From: Lama glama
Taxonomy: Eukaryota
NCBI GenBank assembly: GCA_028534125.1
Contig: JAPYYK010000093.1
Coordinates: 1,054,001 to 1,118,000, forward strand
Direction: 5' to 3'
Length of the DNA: 64,000 nt
Shown: piece by piece, positions 1 to 12,500 of the stretch
How positions within the stretch are numbered: the stretch's first letter is position 1
Layout: the number at the start of each line of letters is the position of its first letter
The notes under the pieces: generated by a model
Database searches by the model: none
Seen by the model: only the letters and a program-made list of their open reading frames with translations
What the model was told of the DNA's origin: nothing
Translations under genes and position numbers: made by a program

Positions 1-9
1 AACTGTGGC

Positions 10-80
10 TTTTTCAGGATCACACAGCTTGTGAGGGACAGAGCTGGGGTTCAAACCCTGACTCAGGACGTTGTTTGTGT
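10..80 (+). mobile_element. MIR SINE fragment
   Basis: ggatcacacagc...gacagagctggggttcaaaccc, a MIR-core-like segment. Confidence 0.55.
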
Positions 81-1899
81 AACTGCTGCTCTGCTCTGCC
101 TCCCAGGGGCTGGCATGCTAAAGCCTTGGCACTCACAATGCCCTGGGGGCATGCAGAAGGGGTGGGATGATTCAGGAGGGCTTTCCAGATGAGGGGGCAG
201 GAGTTAGGGCTAGGGGCTGGGCCCTGGAGGATTCTGCCAGACCAAGGGTAGGTGGATTTAGAGATTGATCCTGTGTGGTGTCCCACCTTGAACTCACGAT
301 GTCCCTCTAGAAAGACTCTGGGACAGAGGCACTAGGCTATCCAGGTTTCTCTTGTCAATCAATGAAAGGTCTTGCTGGGATGCTTTACTTATGATCACGG
401 AATGTCCTAACACTCCCTGAATCATCAGGGCCCCTGTACCTGTGTCCAGCTTCTAATCTGCCAACTGAGCAAATCCTGCTGGATCAGAGCCAAAGAAAGG
501 TCTGAATAGGGCAGGGGTCATGGCTGGGCTGGCTCCACTCTTAGATGGGAACTCTCCCACCCTGCACACCTGGCCCACAGTGAAGTAGAAGGGCAAAGAG
601 CCTGAAATAAGTCCTGACCAAGAAGACAGGAGGATTCTGGGGACCTCACAAAGGCCCTCTTCCTCCAGAAGAAGTGGAGCCCGTGCAGGCCTGGGCAGCC
701 CTTTCATGCCAACCTGTTAGACCAGTTTTAATATAAAGCAGGTTGGAGCTTTGCCAGGAATTCAACATCCTCTCCTGGTGAATGTGTCCTCCCCACCTTT
801 GACTGCAGGGTGTGGGGCCCCCTCCCCAGCTTAGGCAGGCCACACAGCCAGTTGCCCAAGGGGTCATTCCAATGGACAATCTGGGGCAGCAGGCTGGGGC
901 TCCCACTTCTGAGACTCAAGGTAGAGGAGATTGCTGAAGGTCTAGTCCTGGTGAGCACATCCCCCACATCCTGCTTTTACCCCCACCTTCCCTCAAGTGA
1001 TGCACACAAGTGCATCATGTTCTGTGTACTTGGTTTTGGGGGGTTTCCCGCAAACTCACTAAACCTCAGAAGATTCCTCAGCTATGAAACAGTGACAGCA
1101 CATCTCTCAGAGGGGACAGGGGGCCCCCAGGAGGGTTTATTTGAGGTGATACGGAGGAAAGTCTGAGACAGTTCAACCTGGCAGCACGGCAGCTGTCACT
1201 GTAACTATTTCTTGTCCATTGTTTTAATCCCCTTTGAGAGGTGGGCCAGGCAGGTGGGCCCCTGAGGGCCTCATGGGGCCTGCAGGGCAGCTGGCTGGAA
1301 CTCTCCATAGCTATAAGCAGCCCTTCACCCCACCAGCTCTGATGTTGCCCTCTCTTCCAGCCCAGCCCTTCACCCTAAGGCGTCATATGCCAACCAAGGC
1401 CTTGGGTTCTAGTCCTTGTGAATAGACCTATTGTCTGGTCTCTGCATGGGCTGGGGTGGAGGCTAAGCCAGTCGAACTGTCTAGCAACTTCTCTTGTAGC
1501 TCCAGTAGAGACTAGGCCATCTGCTACCCTTGCCCACACCTGGAAGATGGGATTCCCTCAGGCCTGTTACTCTCCCAGCCCTCAGTGGTCTGTGCCCTCA
1601 GAGGTAAGTTATAAGTGAGGGAGGTAAGCTGGGTAGTTGCCTCTGGGTCTGTCCTATTTCAAAGCTGCAAGCCTGAGACCCAGAGAGGCAGAGTCACCCA
1701 GACACCCAGAAAGGAAGCAGGCATATGGGGTTGGAACCCAGGGCTTTGAATCCCAGGCCAGGACTTGTCCCCCTCCACCCTAGAACTCTTGAACTTGAGT
1801 CGGCTGCCTTCTGGCAACTTGAATGGCCTGGTTCAAGGTCCCCCAGACTCCCTTTGTCCAGACCTGGACTCTTCACTGCCCTCTAGACATGCCTCCACT

Positions 1900-2430
1900 C
1901 TCCTCCCATCTTGGAGATAACCCTCACATTCAACTCCCTAGCCTGTTGATTTCCAAGTCCCTCTCCTTTGCCCCTCATCCCTCTCAAGCTATCCTTTTGC
2001 TGCTCCTGCTGGCTGCTTTGCCCAGATCTAGCCTTACCATTGGTCACTCACCTGACTGGACCATCCTGATGGCCTCCTCATCGGCCCCTTCAGCCCTACC
2101 ACCATCTTCAGAGTGAGGGGCTTGCAAACCCAATCTTGTCCAGCCTTCCCCACTTAGTGATATTCACAGGCTCCCCTCATACCTCGCCCATGTCTCACCC
2201 TAGGCTCCAAGATATGGCTTCTCAAACTGCCAAGCCATTCCATTCTGGTTTCCTCCAAACAGCCCTCCAACTCTATCATTCATCCTGGAATATCCTTCTT
2301 CCTCACTTCTGCCAGGACAAACTCTTACTCACCCTTCAAAACCAAACTCAAATGCTCTTTTTCTGAGAAGTCTTCCTTAACTTCTCCAGTACTTATTCAT
2401 GCCTGTGTTAGGCACCCACTGCATCCTAGG
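1900..2430. mobile_element. Degenerate L2 LINE fragment
   Basis: cctggaatatccttc...ttactcacccttcaaaacc...ctcaaatgct...gaagtcttcc resembles the L2 3' region; ends approximate. Confidence 0.45.
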
Positions 2431-2555
2431 GAATCTCCCTGGAATTTGAGTTTTCTCAGGTCTCTCCAGCCTGGGGAGGAGAAAACATACTTTCTATAAT
2501 AGGTTCAAAACAGCCATTCTTTGGCTAAATTTCTCTATTTCCCTTTTTCTCCCTT

Positions 2556-2583
2556 TCTCTCTCTTTGTCTGTCTGTCTGTCTG

Positions 2584-2613
<30 letters not shown>
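2556..2613. repeat. Compound microsatellite (CT)n(CTGT)n(CT)n(CA)n
   Basis: Directly visible. Confidence 0.9.
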
Positions 2614-2614
<1 letters not shown>

Positions 2615-2659
2615 GCTTCCCATGAAAGTTCCCTGGGGATGTCTTTGAAGAGGCAAATC

Positions 2660-2800
2660 AGCCAAGTGGAAAGAACTCAGGCAGAGTTCAAATTTCAGCC
2701 CCTTCAAAATCACCCTGGGATCACAGACGGATAACCTCTTGGAGCCTCAGTTTCCCCATCTGTCAAACAGAAATAGTGGTAGTGCCCATGCCACAGAGTG
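2660..2800. mobile_element. MIR SINE fragment
   Basis: aacctcttggagcctcagtttccccatctgtcaaa, MIR core. Confidence 0.7.
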
Positions 2801-3306
2801 GTTGGAGAGTAGCCATGCCTGGCTTTGGGGAAATACGGAATGAGTAGAAGCTGATGTTCATCTCTAAGCAGGAGATGCAGCAGACCCAAAGAAGGAGGCT
2901 TTTTGTGTGGCCAAAGCTTTATGCTCAATGGAAAGACAGTTGCTTCCATGACCCAGGCCTGGCTGAAGCAGGCAAGGCCCAGAGCACAAGAAGTGGACTC
3001 TGAGGGCTAAGGGAACTTGAGACTTCCACAACTCCTCCAGGCAGTCCTCTAGGATTGTTCATTTGCACAGCCCCCACTAGGGAGACCTACAATCCAATGG
3101 TGTGGCTGGAGAGGGAGTGACTCGCCCCACACCCAGCACCAAGGAGCCAGACTGTGCCATTCTTGTCACCAGAGCTGGGCTCCTCCTCCATCAGGAGTGA
3201 GGATTTCACTCATAGTCTGGATTGAGCCAAACCTTTGTTCTAAAAGTGCCCCTAACCTCTCAGCCCTCTCCAAAGAAGCCCCTCTCTGCTCCCTACCGCC
3301 ACCAGT

Positions 3307-3445
3307 NNNNNNNNNNNNNNNNNNNNNNNNNNNNNNNNNNNNNNNNNNNNNNNNNNNNNNNNNNNNNNNNNNNNNNNNNNNNNNNNNNNNNNNNNNNNNN
3401 NNNNNNNNNNNNNNNNNNNNNNNNNNNNNNNNNNNNNNNNNNNNN
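3307..3445. other. Assembly gap (N run)
   Basis: N characters. Confidence 1.
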
Positions 3446-4102
3446 GAGCTGTTAGGAGAGCAGGTTCTCAGGAAATCTTTTCTCCAAAGCCCATGAGACA
3501 AAGAGCGCAAGGAGACACTGGAAAACGAAGGCTTATCCAGAAGACAGGTTCCCAGGGCAGAGGATTGTGGGTAAGAGACAAAGAGGAGTGTCCTAATAGA
3601 GAGCTCTTAACCTCAGTGTGAGTGCCTAAGGGGGCTGGCTCCTCGGCATCCTGCCCAGGTCAGTGTTGTCACCCTGGCATCTAGTGGGCAGGCTGAGCTG
3701 AGGCAGGCAAAGCTGGGTGACCCTGGGCAGATTGCTTTATCTCTCCGGGCCATATATGTCTCAAAGTAGACCAAAGTCCTGAGTTTGCTGTCAGTGTGAT
3801 CAGCTCACGCTCTCTCTATGCCAGAGGAGTCCAGGCTGGGTTTCTATAGCCCTTTTTCTCTACTCAGAGCCAGCAGATGCCTGATCCGGGGCTGTGAGCT
3901 TTGGGGCAGTAGCACCCTCTCTCAGCACTGTGGTAATCTCCCCCTCCCCCACCGTCTCCTCTGGGTCTCAGTGACTGAACTAGGGAGTGCTAGGCTCCAC
4001 GAGGATCCCTGGGCCTGGTAGAAGGCAGAGAAGGCGTGGCATGGGCACCCCCGCCCCCACCCTGGATGAGGTGTTTTCGCTAGAATCGCAGCAGCTGCGG
4101 CT

Positions 4103-5057
4103 AGAGGCCTCTTCCCAGGAAGTAAGAGCAGAGGCCTCTTCCAAGAACTCAGAGGAGGCCTGCAGGCAGGGGAGGGGGGAGTGGGGGAGTTAATTTTAAA
4201 CCAAACAGCCTTCAACGCTCCTCAGGAACTGGTTGCTCAATGTGATCTGGCAGGTCCCAGGCGGGTCTGCGGGCCTGGTGCCAGCTCAGGCTGAGCCGGG
4301 TGTGTGGAGGACACGCCCCAGAGGGGGAGGCCCAGTGACCTTGAGGGAAGTTGGGCCCTGTCCTTGCCCACGAATCAGGGCCTGTCACCCCCAACCCCAC
4401 CTACCCAACCCAACTTGCTGAGGGTGTGGGGTGAGATGATTTCCTCTGTCATAATCAGGCAGGGTGAAATTATAACAAGATTAATAATATAGGTGTCATG
4501 TCCTTCCAAGAACTGACTATCCCACTCCCCTTCCCTGCTCAGAACTTGCCACTCCTGTCCCCTGGCTTGTACCGCTGGAGGTTATCTGATGAAGGCCTGC
4601 TCTGGGGCCAAAGTAAGGCTCATGTCATTTGCCTGCTAGATGGGACTTCGGGGTGGTGGTGGAGGGATGGAGGGTGGAATGGAGCAAGTTGGGCCCAAGT
4701 TCTGAGCCTAAAGGGTGAGTCTCCTGTGTGTGCAGGGAGGCTCTGAGCTGAACACACTGGGCCTACCCCCACCCCCATAGTTGGCAGGGAGTCAGAATGC
4801 CTTCACATTGACCTCCGCCTCCACCCTAGTGTGGCCACCCCCTCCAGACTGACAGCCTAAGCCCACCTCTCAGTGTCTGGACCCCAGAGGCCCCGCCCAG
4901 GGCACCCCTTCCCTCCCTTCCTCCACCAGCTGCCCAATAAGACCCAGCAGCCGGGGCGGGGTGAGGCCTGTGTTCCAGGAAAGGATCCTGGGCAAGAGCT
5001 GCCAGGAGCCTCAGTTCTTGGAATTGGCGCTGCAGAGCGAGGGGACGCTTCCTGGAA
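4103..5057. promoter_or_regulatory. STAT (GAS, TTCNNNGAA) motif cluster, candidate cytokine-responsive enhancer
   Basis: TTCCAAGAA 4139, TTCCAAGAA 4504, TTCCAGGAA 4973, TTCTTGGAA 5015, TTCCTGGAA 5049; GC box 4953, CCAAT 4934. Confidence 0.6.
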
Positions 5058-6759
5058 CCTCTTGGCCACTCCAGGGAGAGGCTCAGAGACAGGGCTGTGA
5101 CCTAGGTAAGGGAATGTGGTGCTGAGGCCTCAGCCGGGGTCCTTGTCCCCAGTAAGCCCTCTCTGATTGCGGGTGTCCCCTTAGACTCCCCTATCTTGAC
5201 ACTGAGTCTGGAGGGCCCTTCTAAGGGATCTGCCAGGACAGGCCCAGATCTGGTGCAGCCTCTTCAGTACCTAGCGTCCAGCCCAGGGACAGGCACAGTG
5301 TTGACAACCAGAAAGAGTAGGGAGAAAAGGGGAGTGTGTGCCTGGGGAGAAGGGCATTGTGCAGGCGTGGGGACACAGGTGAAAGCGGGATGTTAGGTGT
5401 GAGTGAGCAGCCAGGGGTATGAAGGGCTAAGGGGGAGAAGGGAGAGCAAAATGCCAGGCCCTGCTTGCTGAGTCCCTTGTTGGTGGACAGACAACTTCTG
5501 GTCAGGACTTCTGTCTCTCCTTCAGGCCAGTCCTTTCCTACAGGGCCTCTCCCTCAGATCCCTGTCCCACAGCTGAGGTACGGGGCCTGCTCCAGTGTCA
5601 GGCCACTTGGTGTGATCCTACCACCGGTGCACAGCTGTGCATCCTGAGCACACATCTGGCCCATTGGAGCCATAGTTACCCTATTTAGAGAATAAAAAGA
5701 AGCTGCAGGGCCCCCAGGAAGGCCATGAGGGTTGTGACCCTATTCTGAGACTGGGTTGGGGCCTAGTCACACTTCCAGGGAGCTGCCATAAGTATTCGTA
5801 TCACAGGGTCCCAGGGTCAGCAGTGGCCTTGAAGTCTGGCTGAGGGGACCGGGGAGCATGTCAGGGCTGGCACAGAGAAGTAAGGTTCTCCCTTTCTGGT
5901 TGGGTGACCTTGGGGCAGACTTTTAACCACTCAGAACCTGTTTGCCTTCAGAAGAATGGAGAACCCTAACTGGCCAAGACTCTCCTCTCCCTTGCCTCTC
6001 CCCTCATGTCCTCAGGTCACTCCTTGGATCTGACTGATCACAGCCCCAGGCCTGCTACCCACCCATCCCCAACAAGTCACAGAGAAGGGCGCCCCCAGCG
6101 CATCCCCTAGAGGCCAGGCCTGGGGTTGAGAAGGGCTGAGATTCAGTGCCTGGGCAGGGGCTGTGAGGTGGGGCTGTGACTGAGAGGTCCTTTGAGCCCT
6201 GCAGGAGGATGGTGGGGCAGCCTAGGGACCTAGTTCATTATCATAATTCTCTGGCATGACCTGCAGCAGCAGGCGGTGGGAGCACTGCATTCTCCACCAC
6301 TCAGAGGCCATGACATCTGCACCAAGGCCAGGCTGGCCTTGACTGGGAGGCTGCCATGGGAGGACTGAACCTGGAATCACCTGACCTGAGCGGGAAGAGC
6401 TGCTAGGTGGCACCTACTGGGTTTGCAGGGGACACTGGTGTCCTGCTACATATAGGTGGTTCCAGAGCCAGGCACCCTGCATAACTTGAGCCAGTCATGA
6501 ATTCTTATCTTACAGAATCCTGGTGAGGAGTAAATGTATAGATTTGATGAATTTTCTCCTTGGGGGCTCCTCCCTAGTCCCATCCCACTCCTCCGACTCC
6601 CCCTTGGCCATGAGCCCATGTAGACATGAGTCCCAGAAGCACTCTCTCTCTGGCCCTTACTGCAGCAGGAAGAACTCTGGACACACCCGCTCCTTCCACA
6701 GCAGCACAGGCCCTGATGTTCACAGTGCTCTAGGCGAAAGGCAAATGGAGGCCCTCACT

Positions 6760-7390
6760 ACAGAATCTAAATATTTAAAATCATAAATCAAGCCACAAAC
6801 TGCTAATAAAATATGCTCTATCCTCCTACTCAACAAATAAACTTTCATAACAATAAAAAATCTGTAAATCTGCAGTTTTCATATGTCTGAAATTCATATA
6901 AAATATCAGAAAGTCAGATATCAAATATGCTTGAGTTTAAGAGTTGTTACTCATGTCCAGGCGTCCAGTGATTTGAGTCAGAAGGTAAAGATGTGCCTAA
7001 TTCAAAAGGTATTACATACTTTTTCTGTAACATTTACTGTTCTTGCTTTTATTCCAGGAAAAATATTATGTTTTCTAATCAAGATTTTCATAATTTCTAT
7101 CTACTGCCAGTAGTGATTTAACAGGTTAAAATAAAATATTAAATTTCAAGGTCACAAAAATATGAACTAAATTAAATTTAAAATATTTTAAAACTGAAAG
7201 TATTTATAATATAGTCCAAAAAGTTGTTTTTAAAATAATCAAAATTAGTGAAAATTAAGTCAAAATACAAACTATTGAGTTATAATGAACTAATGTAAAA
7301 ATCTAAATCAAAAAGATTTAAAACTAAAATTTTATTCAACTTTTTGAAATTTCTATTAAGTTTTAAGTATTTTTATAGAAATAAACCTTC
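6760..7390. mobile_element. Very AT-rich segment, probably an old DNA transposon or L1 remnant (family unassigned)
   Basis: Abrupt compositional shift to A/T-rich sequence within a GC-rich region. Confidence 0.35.
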
Positions 7391-7629
7391 CCAATTCACG
7401 TTCAGATCCTCTGTGAACTCTGAGGCTGGTTCAAAACCCCCTGCATTTCCCTGGGGCCTGAATGGTGTCACTGTGAGTGTTGGGTTTGTCTCGCACTGTG
7501 CCAGTGGTGAGTGTCACCTCACCAGTGATGGTGATACCCACGTGTTCTTTAGTCCACTTACTGTGAACTGATCATCTGTGTGCTTGTGATACATTCTACA
7601 TAATAGGCTCCAGGCAGATTAGAGGAGTG

Positions 7630-7765
7630 ACAGACCAGGTACAATTTCCAATAAATGGTAGTGGAACAATTGGGAAAAAATGAAGTGCAATGTCTACTTC
7701 ACACAGGCAACCATGATAAATTCTATATGGACTAAATATTTAAACATGAAAAATGAAACCCTAAG
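7630..7765 (+). mobile_element. Old L1 (L1M) fragment
   Basis: ttccaataaatggtagtggaacaattgg...ataaattct...tggactaaatatttaaacatgaaaaatgaaacc resembles L1 ORF2 3' sequence. Confidence 0.6.
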
Positions 7766-7924
7766 AGTCCTTCAGAGCACCTCCCTGGGAGTCACAACAG
7801 TATTGATTCTGGGTAGGGAAACACCTTCCTTCGTGTGGCTCCCCTGCATTATTTGCAGGACAGGTCTGGAGAAATGAGAACCACATCAGAAATCCATTAA
7901 TGCCCTTTAGTGTCATCTTCCCAC

Positions 7925-8800
7925 TCTTGGAGGGTTTTCCCCAGAGGCAGGCTCTGGGACAAGGATCCAAACATAAATAGCTTATTTCGGAGGTGATGTC
8001 AAGAAGCACCAGTAGGGTATTGGGAGACAATGTTTCCTGGTTGTCTTCCACTTCTGTACACTTGCTGGTAGAGGCACTGACTGCCCTTGTTCCAAGTAAC
8101 ACTTTCAAGGGTGATTATAGTGAACAGCCTTAGAAGGTAGAGATACTGTCTCCCTCCAGGGAAAAAGGCAGATTTGTTTTATCCACCATTAATAAAGATA
8201 ATAGCTCCCTCTGGGGCAAAGGTTGGGCAAGTTTGCTTACAGCCTGTTATAAAAGATTTGGGTTCCCTGAACTCAGGGTTCCTCTCTTGTCAATCTACTG
8301 CATTTGCAGGCATCATCTGGCCCTTATTGGGTCACTCTGTGGGAACTGGGGTTCCAGGAAGTGGTACAAGAAAATGCTGATCCTCTGTCTACTCTGTTAC
8401 TGTAGAAAATAAACTGACCTTTGTTCCTAAAGCAGGAGTCTTGTGTCTTCTGCCAGCATCCTCAGCAGTATGACAACTTGTTAGCTTGCAGGTTGGGTGA
8501 AATCTCAGCACCTTCCCAGTTCCTGACACGGAGGAGAGGGGAAGTGAGACAGGGAAAGAAAGGAAGCCAAAGAAGGTTTCTTAGTAAGTGGGTTCCCTCT
8601 GTGGGCAACTGAGGTCAGTCCTCGGTTGAGAGATGGTGCAGAACACACCTTAGAGTTGTCCTACCCAAGAGATAAGGAAGCTGGGGTGCGTATCCACCAA
8701 CTGCCACCCCTCGCTGGCTTAGGGCTACTCCAGGGGGTGAGCTCCCTGGCAATTTTGGTCACCTATCAAGCTGGCCTCTGAGGCAGACAAACCTCAAGCC
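7925..8800 (-). mobile_element. ERVL LTR (LTR33/LTR16-like), split by a nested LTR
   Basis: ttccccagaggcaggctctgggacaagga...ttatttcggaggtgat...agcaccagtaggg resumes after 8528 with ggggaagtgagacagggaaag...ggaagcca. Confidence 0.6.
8018..8528 (+). mobile_element. Solo ERVL-type LTR (MER54/MER74-like) nested in the older LTR
   Basis: About 510 bp, starts T(A)TTGGGAGACAA and ends gaaatctcag...cagttcctgaCA; internal AATAAA at ~8408. Confidence 0.6.
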
Positions 8801-11800
8801 AAGCATTGCAACTGCTGTGTGGGAACTTGAGTGTGAAGGGATATACTCCATGTGAGCAGGGCCTTATCTGAATACTGCCCCTGCCCAGTGCCTGGCACAG
8901 TGCTGAGCAGATAGTGACCGAATGTATGGTGCAGGGCCCAAGGATAAGGGCCTGTTTACTTGCCTCTGTCCTCCACTAGGCCATGAGCTCCTTGTGGGCA
9001 GTGTTAGTGTCAATTTTTCCTTCATACTCCAGCACCAAGGGGAGGCCTGACAATCTTAGGCTCCCATTCAGGGGTAGAGGGGAGCGAGGGGATAGCCAGG
9101 CAGTGATGGGGCTCAGTCTCATAGGGCAAAGGCAGCCTCTCACCTGCTTCCTGAGACCAAGTGAAAGGCAAGAGCTCTGGAAAGGAGCAGAAAACTCTGT
9201 CTGGGGCCATTTAATATAAGAGCAGCACCCAACAAATCTGAGGGGTCTCTACTCTTTGTTCAAACCCTACCCTCCATCCTACCAAACAGTTCTCGCTCCC
9301 AGTTGAGGTGTACTCAGGGTGCAGGGGAATAAGCAAAACCTGGAATGGCAAACTCTGAAGGATCAATCTTGCCTAGAGTACAGTGCTCCAGGCCTCTGGA
9401 CAGTCAGGGAAGAAGCAGAGTTGCAGGCAAAGGGTGAGGCCTGGCAGAGGCCCTGTTTCCTCTCCTGGTTCCCGGGCCCACCCCAGTGACTGGCAAAGTC
9501 AGAAGGGCGGAGCTGGCCTGGGTGTGGCTCCCACTCTCTCAGCCCCAAAGAACCCTGTACCCCCAGCCTAGGGCTCTGGGGGTCAATTTTATGATGAATA
9601 GGTGGGTGAACAGTGGGTGGGAGTGAGGGGGTACAGAGGCTGAGGGAGGCTGGAGGCAGGGGAAATTTCCAGGGGGACCAGAGAAAGTGGAAGAAGAATT
9701 TCAGCAGAATTTGCAAGTCTGGATTTTATCTGAGGAATCAGACACAGAGAGACAGAGATTACTTGAGAGAAAGGGCATTCCAGGCAGCTAGGACAGAACA
9801 AGCAAAGATGTAATGTGTGAGAAATCCCTGGGCATAGTCAGTGAGGCTTGGGAGGACACTGTGGTTGGTCCCCAGGTGGGTTTGCTGGGAGAATCAACCC
9901 AGAGTTTGATGCAGTGTGGCCATCAAGGGGTGCCAAGCCCCAAATACCAGGCCAAAAAGGTCAAGGTCATGGACAGGTGCCCGAGTCTGGCTCATTCCCC
10001 TCTGGATCTTCCCCAACTTGCTGTGTGACCCTGGGCAATTCATAGGCCCTCTCGGCTTCAGTTTTCCATAAAATGGGAGTTCCCATGAGCTCCCATGACT
10101 CAGAGATAGTGGCTGGGCCTCTAAAACAGGGTGACACCCCATAAGAACGTGTCACCCCTTTTCCAAGCTTGGAAAGTAGCCTCAACCCTCAGCAACACAG
10201 GGACCCTCACAGATGCCACACACATACAGTCCTGAACTGGTTCCCAGAGCCTGGAGTTCCCCCATCCAAGGGAGGCCCTGTGTGGACACCTGTGACCATG
10301 GACATGGACCGAAGTGCTCAAGTCCCACACCTGTCACCATGCACGTACCTATGGTCACCTGTGTAGAGGTGTGCAGGTTCTGTGATGTGCACGTGTGATG
10401 TGGCCTGGCCCTCATGGCTCCCCACTGCTGACCAGAGCAAGCCTAAGGACCCAACCACTCATTGGAGGCCTGTCAGGAGGAGCTGATGTCCAAGTCCATG
10501 ACAGGTTCCCACCTGAACCACCTCATCTGTCTTACAGTTGATGCTAAATGCCTGGGAATGGGAGGGGGGACACGACAAATAAGGACCTCAGTCACCCCTT
10601 CTCCAAGCTTGGGAGGTAGTTTCAGCCTTAGCAACCCAGGGCCCCTCACAGATGATACTGGCAGGAAAAAAGGACCTGTCCCGGATGCTGTGTCCTCACA
10701 TGACTCTGAATTCCACCCCACCCAGATGGCCTCAGAGGAGGCTGAGGTGCTAGGCTCTTGGCTGTGACTCAGCGGAAGGAAGACAGGAGTGGGGGGTGTG
10801 CTGGGGCCCTAGGGTTTTGCTTCTCATTTCTCTCTTTCTAAAGCATAGCAAGTTCCCAGAAATGAAGGTACAGAAACCCCAGACTCTCAGGGGCACTGGC
10901 TTCCCCAGTCCTCCCACCCCTAGAGGCACCACACAGGGTGAAGGGAAGCCCCTAGTCCTTGTACCCTGCTTGGGGCCTTCTTCCCACCCCAGAACCAGGG
11001 ACTGAGTATCTGGAAGGTCCATGCTGTAGGTCGTGAACTCCAGAGACTTTTCAGGAGCATGCAGTCCAGATTCACTTGCTGGGACAAATGCTGGGTGAGA
11101 GGAGACACTGGAACCTTTAGGACCCGTAGGGATGGAGCAGTCAGGGTGGGCTTCCCAGGAGAGCCAGAGGCTAACCTCACCAAGAATCTGAGAGAGGGCA
11201 TCCTCAGATGCCCCACATGAGTTCCTTCTCTCTCCCTTGCCCGCCTTTCCCTCTCTCCTTCCCTTCTCTTCCTTTCCCCCTCTTTCTTTTGTATTTTTAA
11301 CTATTGAAAAAGCCCAATTTTAAAAAAAACCACACATAGACTCAAATGGGCACAACACCAAATTATGACCATTTAGAATCTTTCCTGTGTGTCCAGAGAA
11401 CCAGATTTGGACTGAGCTTGGCATAAAGCTTCTCCTGCTGTCCCTGCGAATGAAGGAGACTGCAAGGTGGTCAGAAACACTGCTACTTTTGTAATCATTT
11501 ATCTGTGAGAATCAGGGGTCACTTGGTCCTGTGCCACCAAAATCAAATACCGAAAGAAACTGGACTCTGAGGCTAACATAAGGTTCACTTCCACCCTAGC
11601 CCCCCGTTCAAACGACAGTACTCATCACTCTTCACCTTGATGGACTTAACACTAACAAAGTGTTGAGAATCTGAATTTATAAAATATATTTATGTTTAAG
11701 ATGCTGTCTTTATCTTTTAAAAATATATATTATTTGAGTTCCATGTGAAATTTAGTTTAACAGAACAAACTCCACAGCTCTAGGGGTCTGGGCAAGAGGG

Positions 11801-12379
11801 CTGGGCAGAATGAGCAAGAGGCAGGGTTTCCATGCAGGCAGGCAGTGGGGAGCTCTGGTCAGTTCTTGAGCTGTGGAATGCCTTCAAGAAGGGTTTTAGG
11901 CACATCCACACACTCCTCCCGGAACCACCCAGACCTGAGGACCTGTGCTTCCCATGATACAGGAGGCTTTATACCCGCTTACGCAGAGACAGGACTCACT
12001 TTTCTCACCCACCTGTCAGCTGGGAACCAGAGTCTGGGAGTCTGCCAGTCCCACCCCACATCCGGAGTACATCGGAACCTCCTTCCAGTAGCAGCCACTT
12101 TCACTGCCCTCCCCTCCCCAATGGGCCCCTCTTCTGTGGGGTGTGAAAGTCTGGCACCCGGGCAGCTGGGAGGGGGGAAAGCTCACTCCACATCTGGTGC
12201 TTTTTGTTTGACTCATCACTTTCCTCTTTGCCCTGGAAGGCCACGTCAGCCCTGGGGCCACCCCAGCTCGGCACTGGGGCCCCCCGGGGAATTGGAGCCC
12301 TGAGCTGCAGTTGGCCTCAGTTGGCCTGCTCACTCTCCTTCCAGCTGGGGTGTCAGAGGACTGGGCTCAAATACTACCA

Positions 12380-12500
12380 CAGCCACTTCCTGCTTGTGTG
12401 ATGTTGGGCAGGTTAAGCCTCAGTCTTTTCATCTGTCTAGTGGGCCTAGGAAGGCGCCCAAGATATGCAGACAGGATTGATGACAAAGTATGTGTGGCAC
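12380..12500. mobile_element. MIR SINE fragment
   Basis: gccacttcctgcttgtgtgatgttgggcaggttaagcctcagtcttttcatctgt. Confidence 0.65.
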
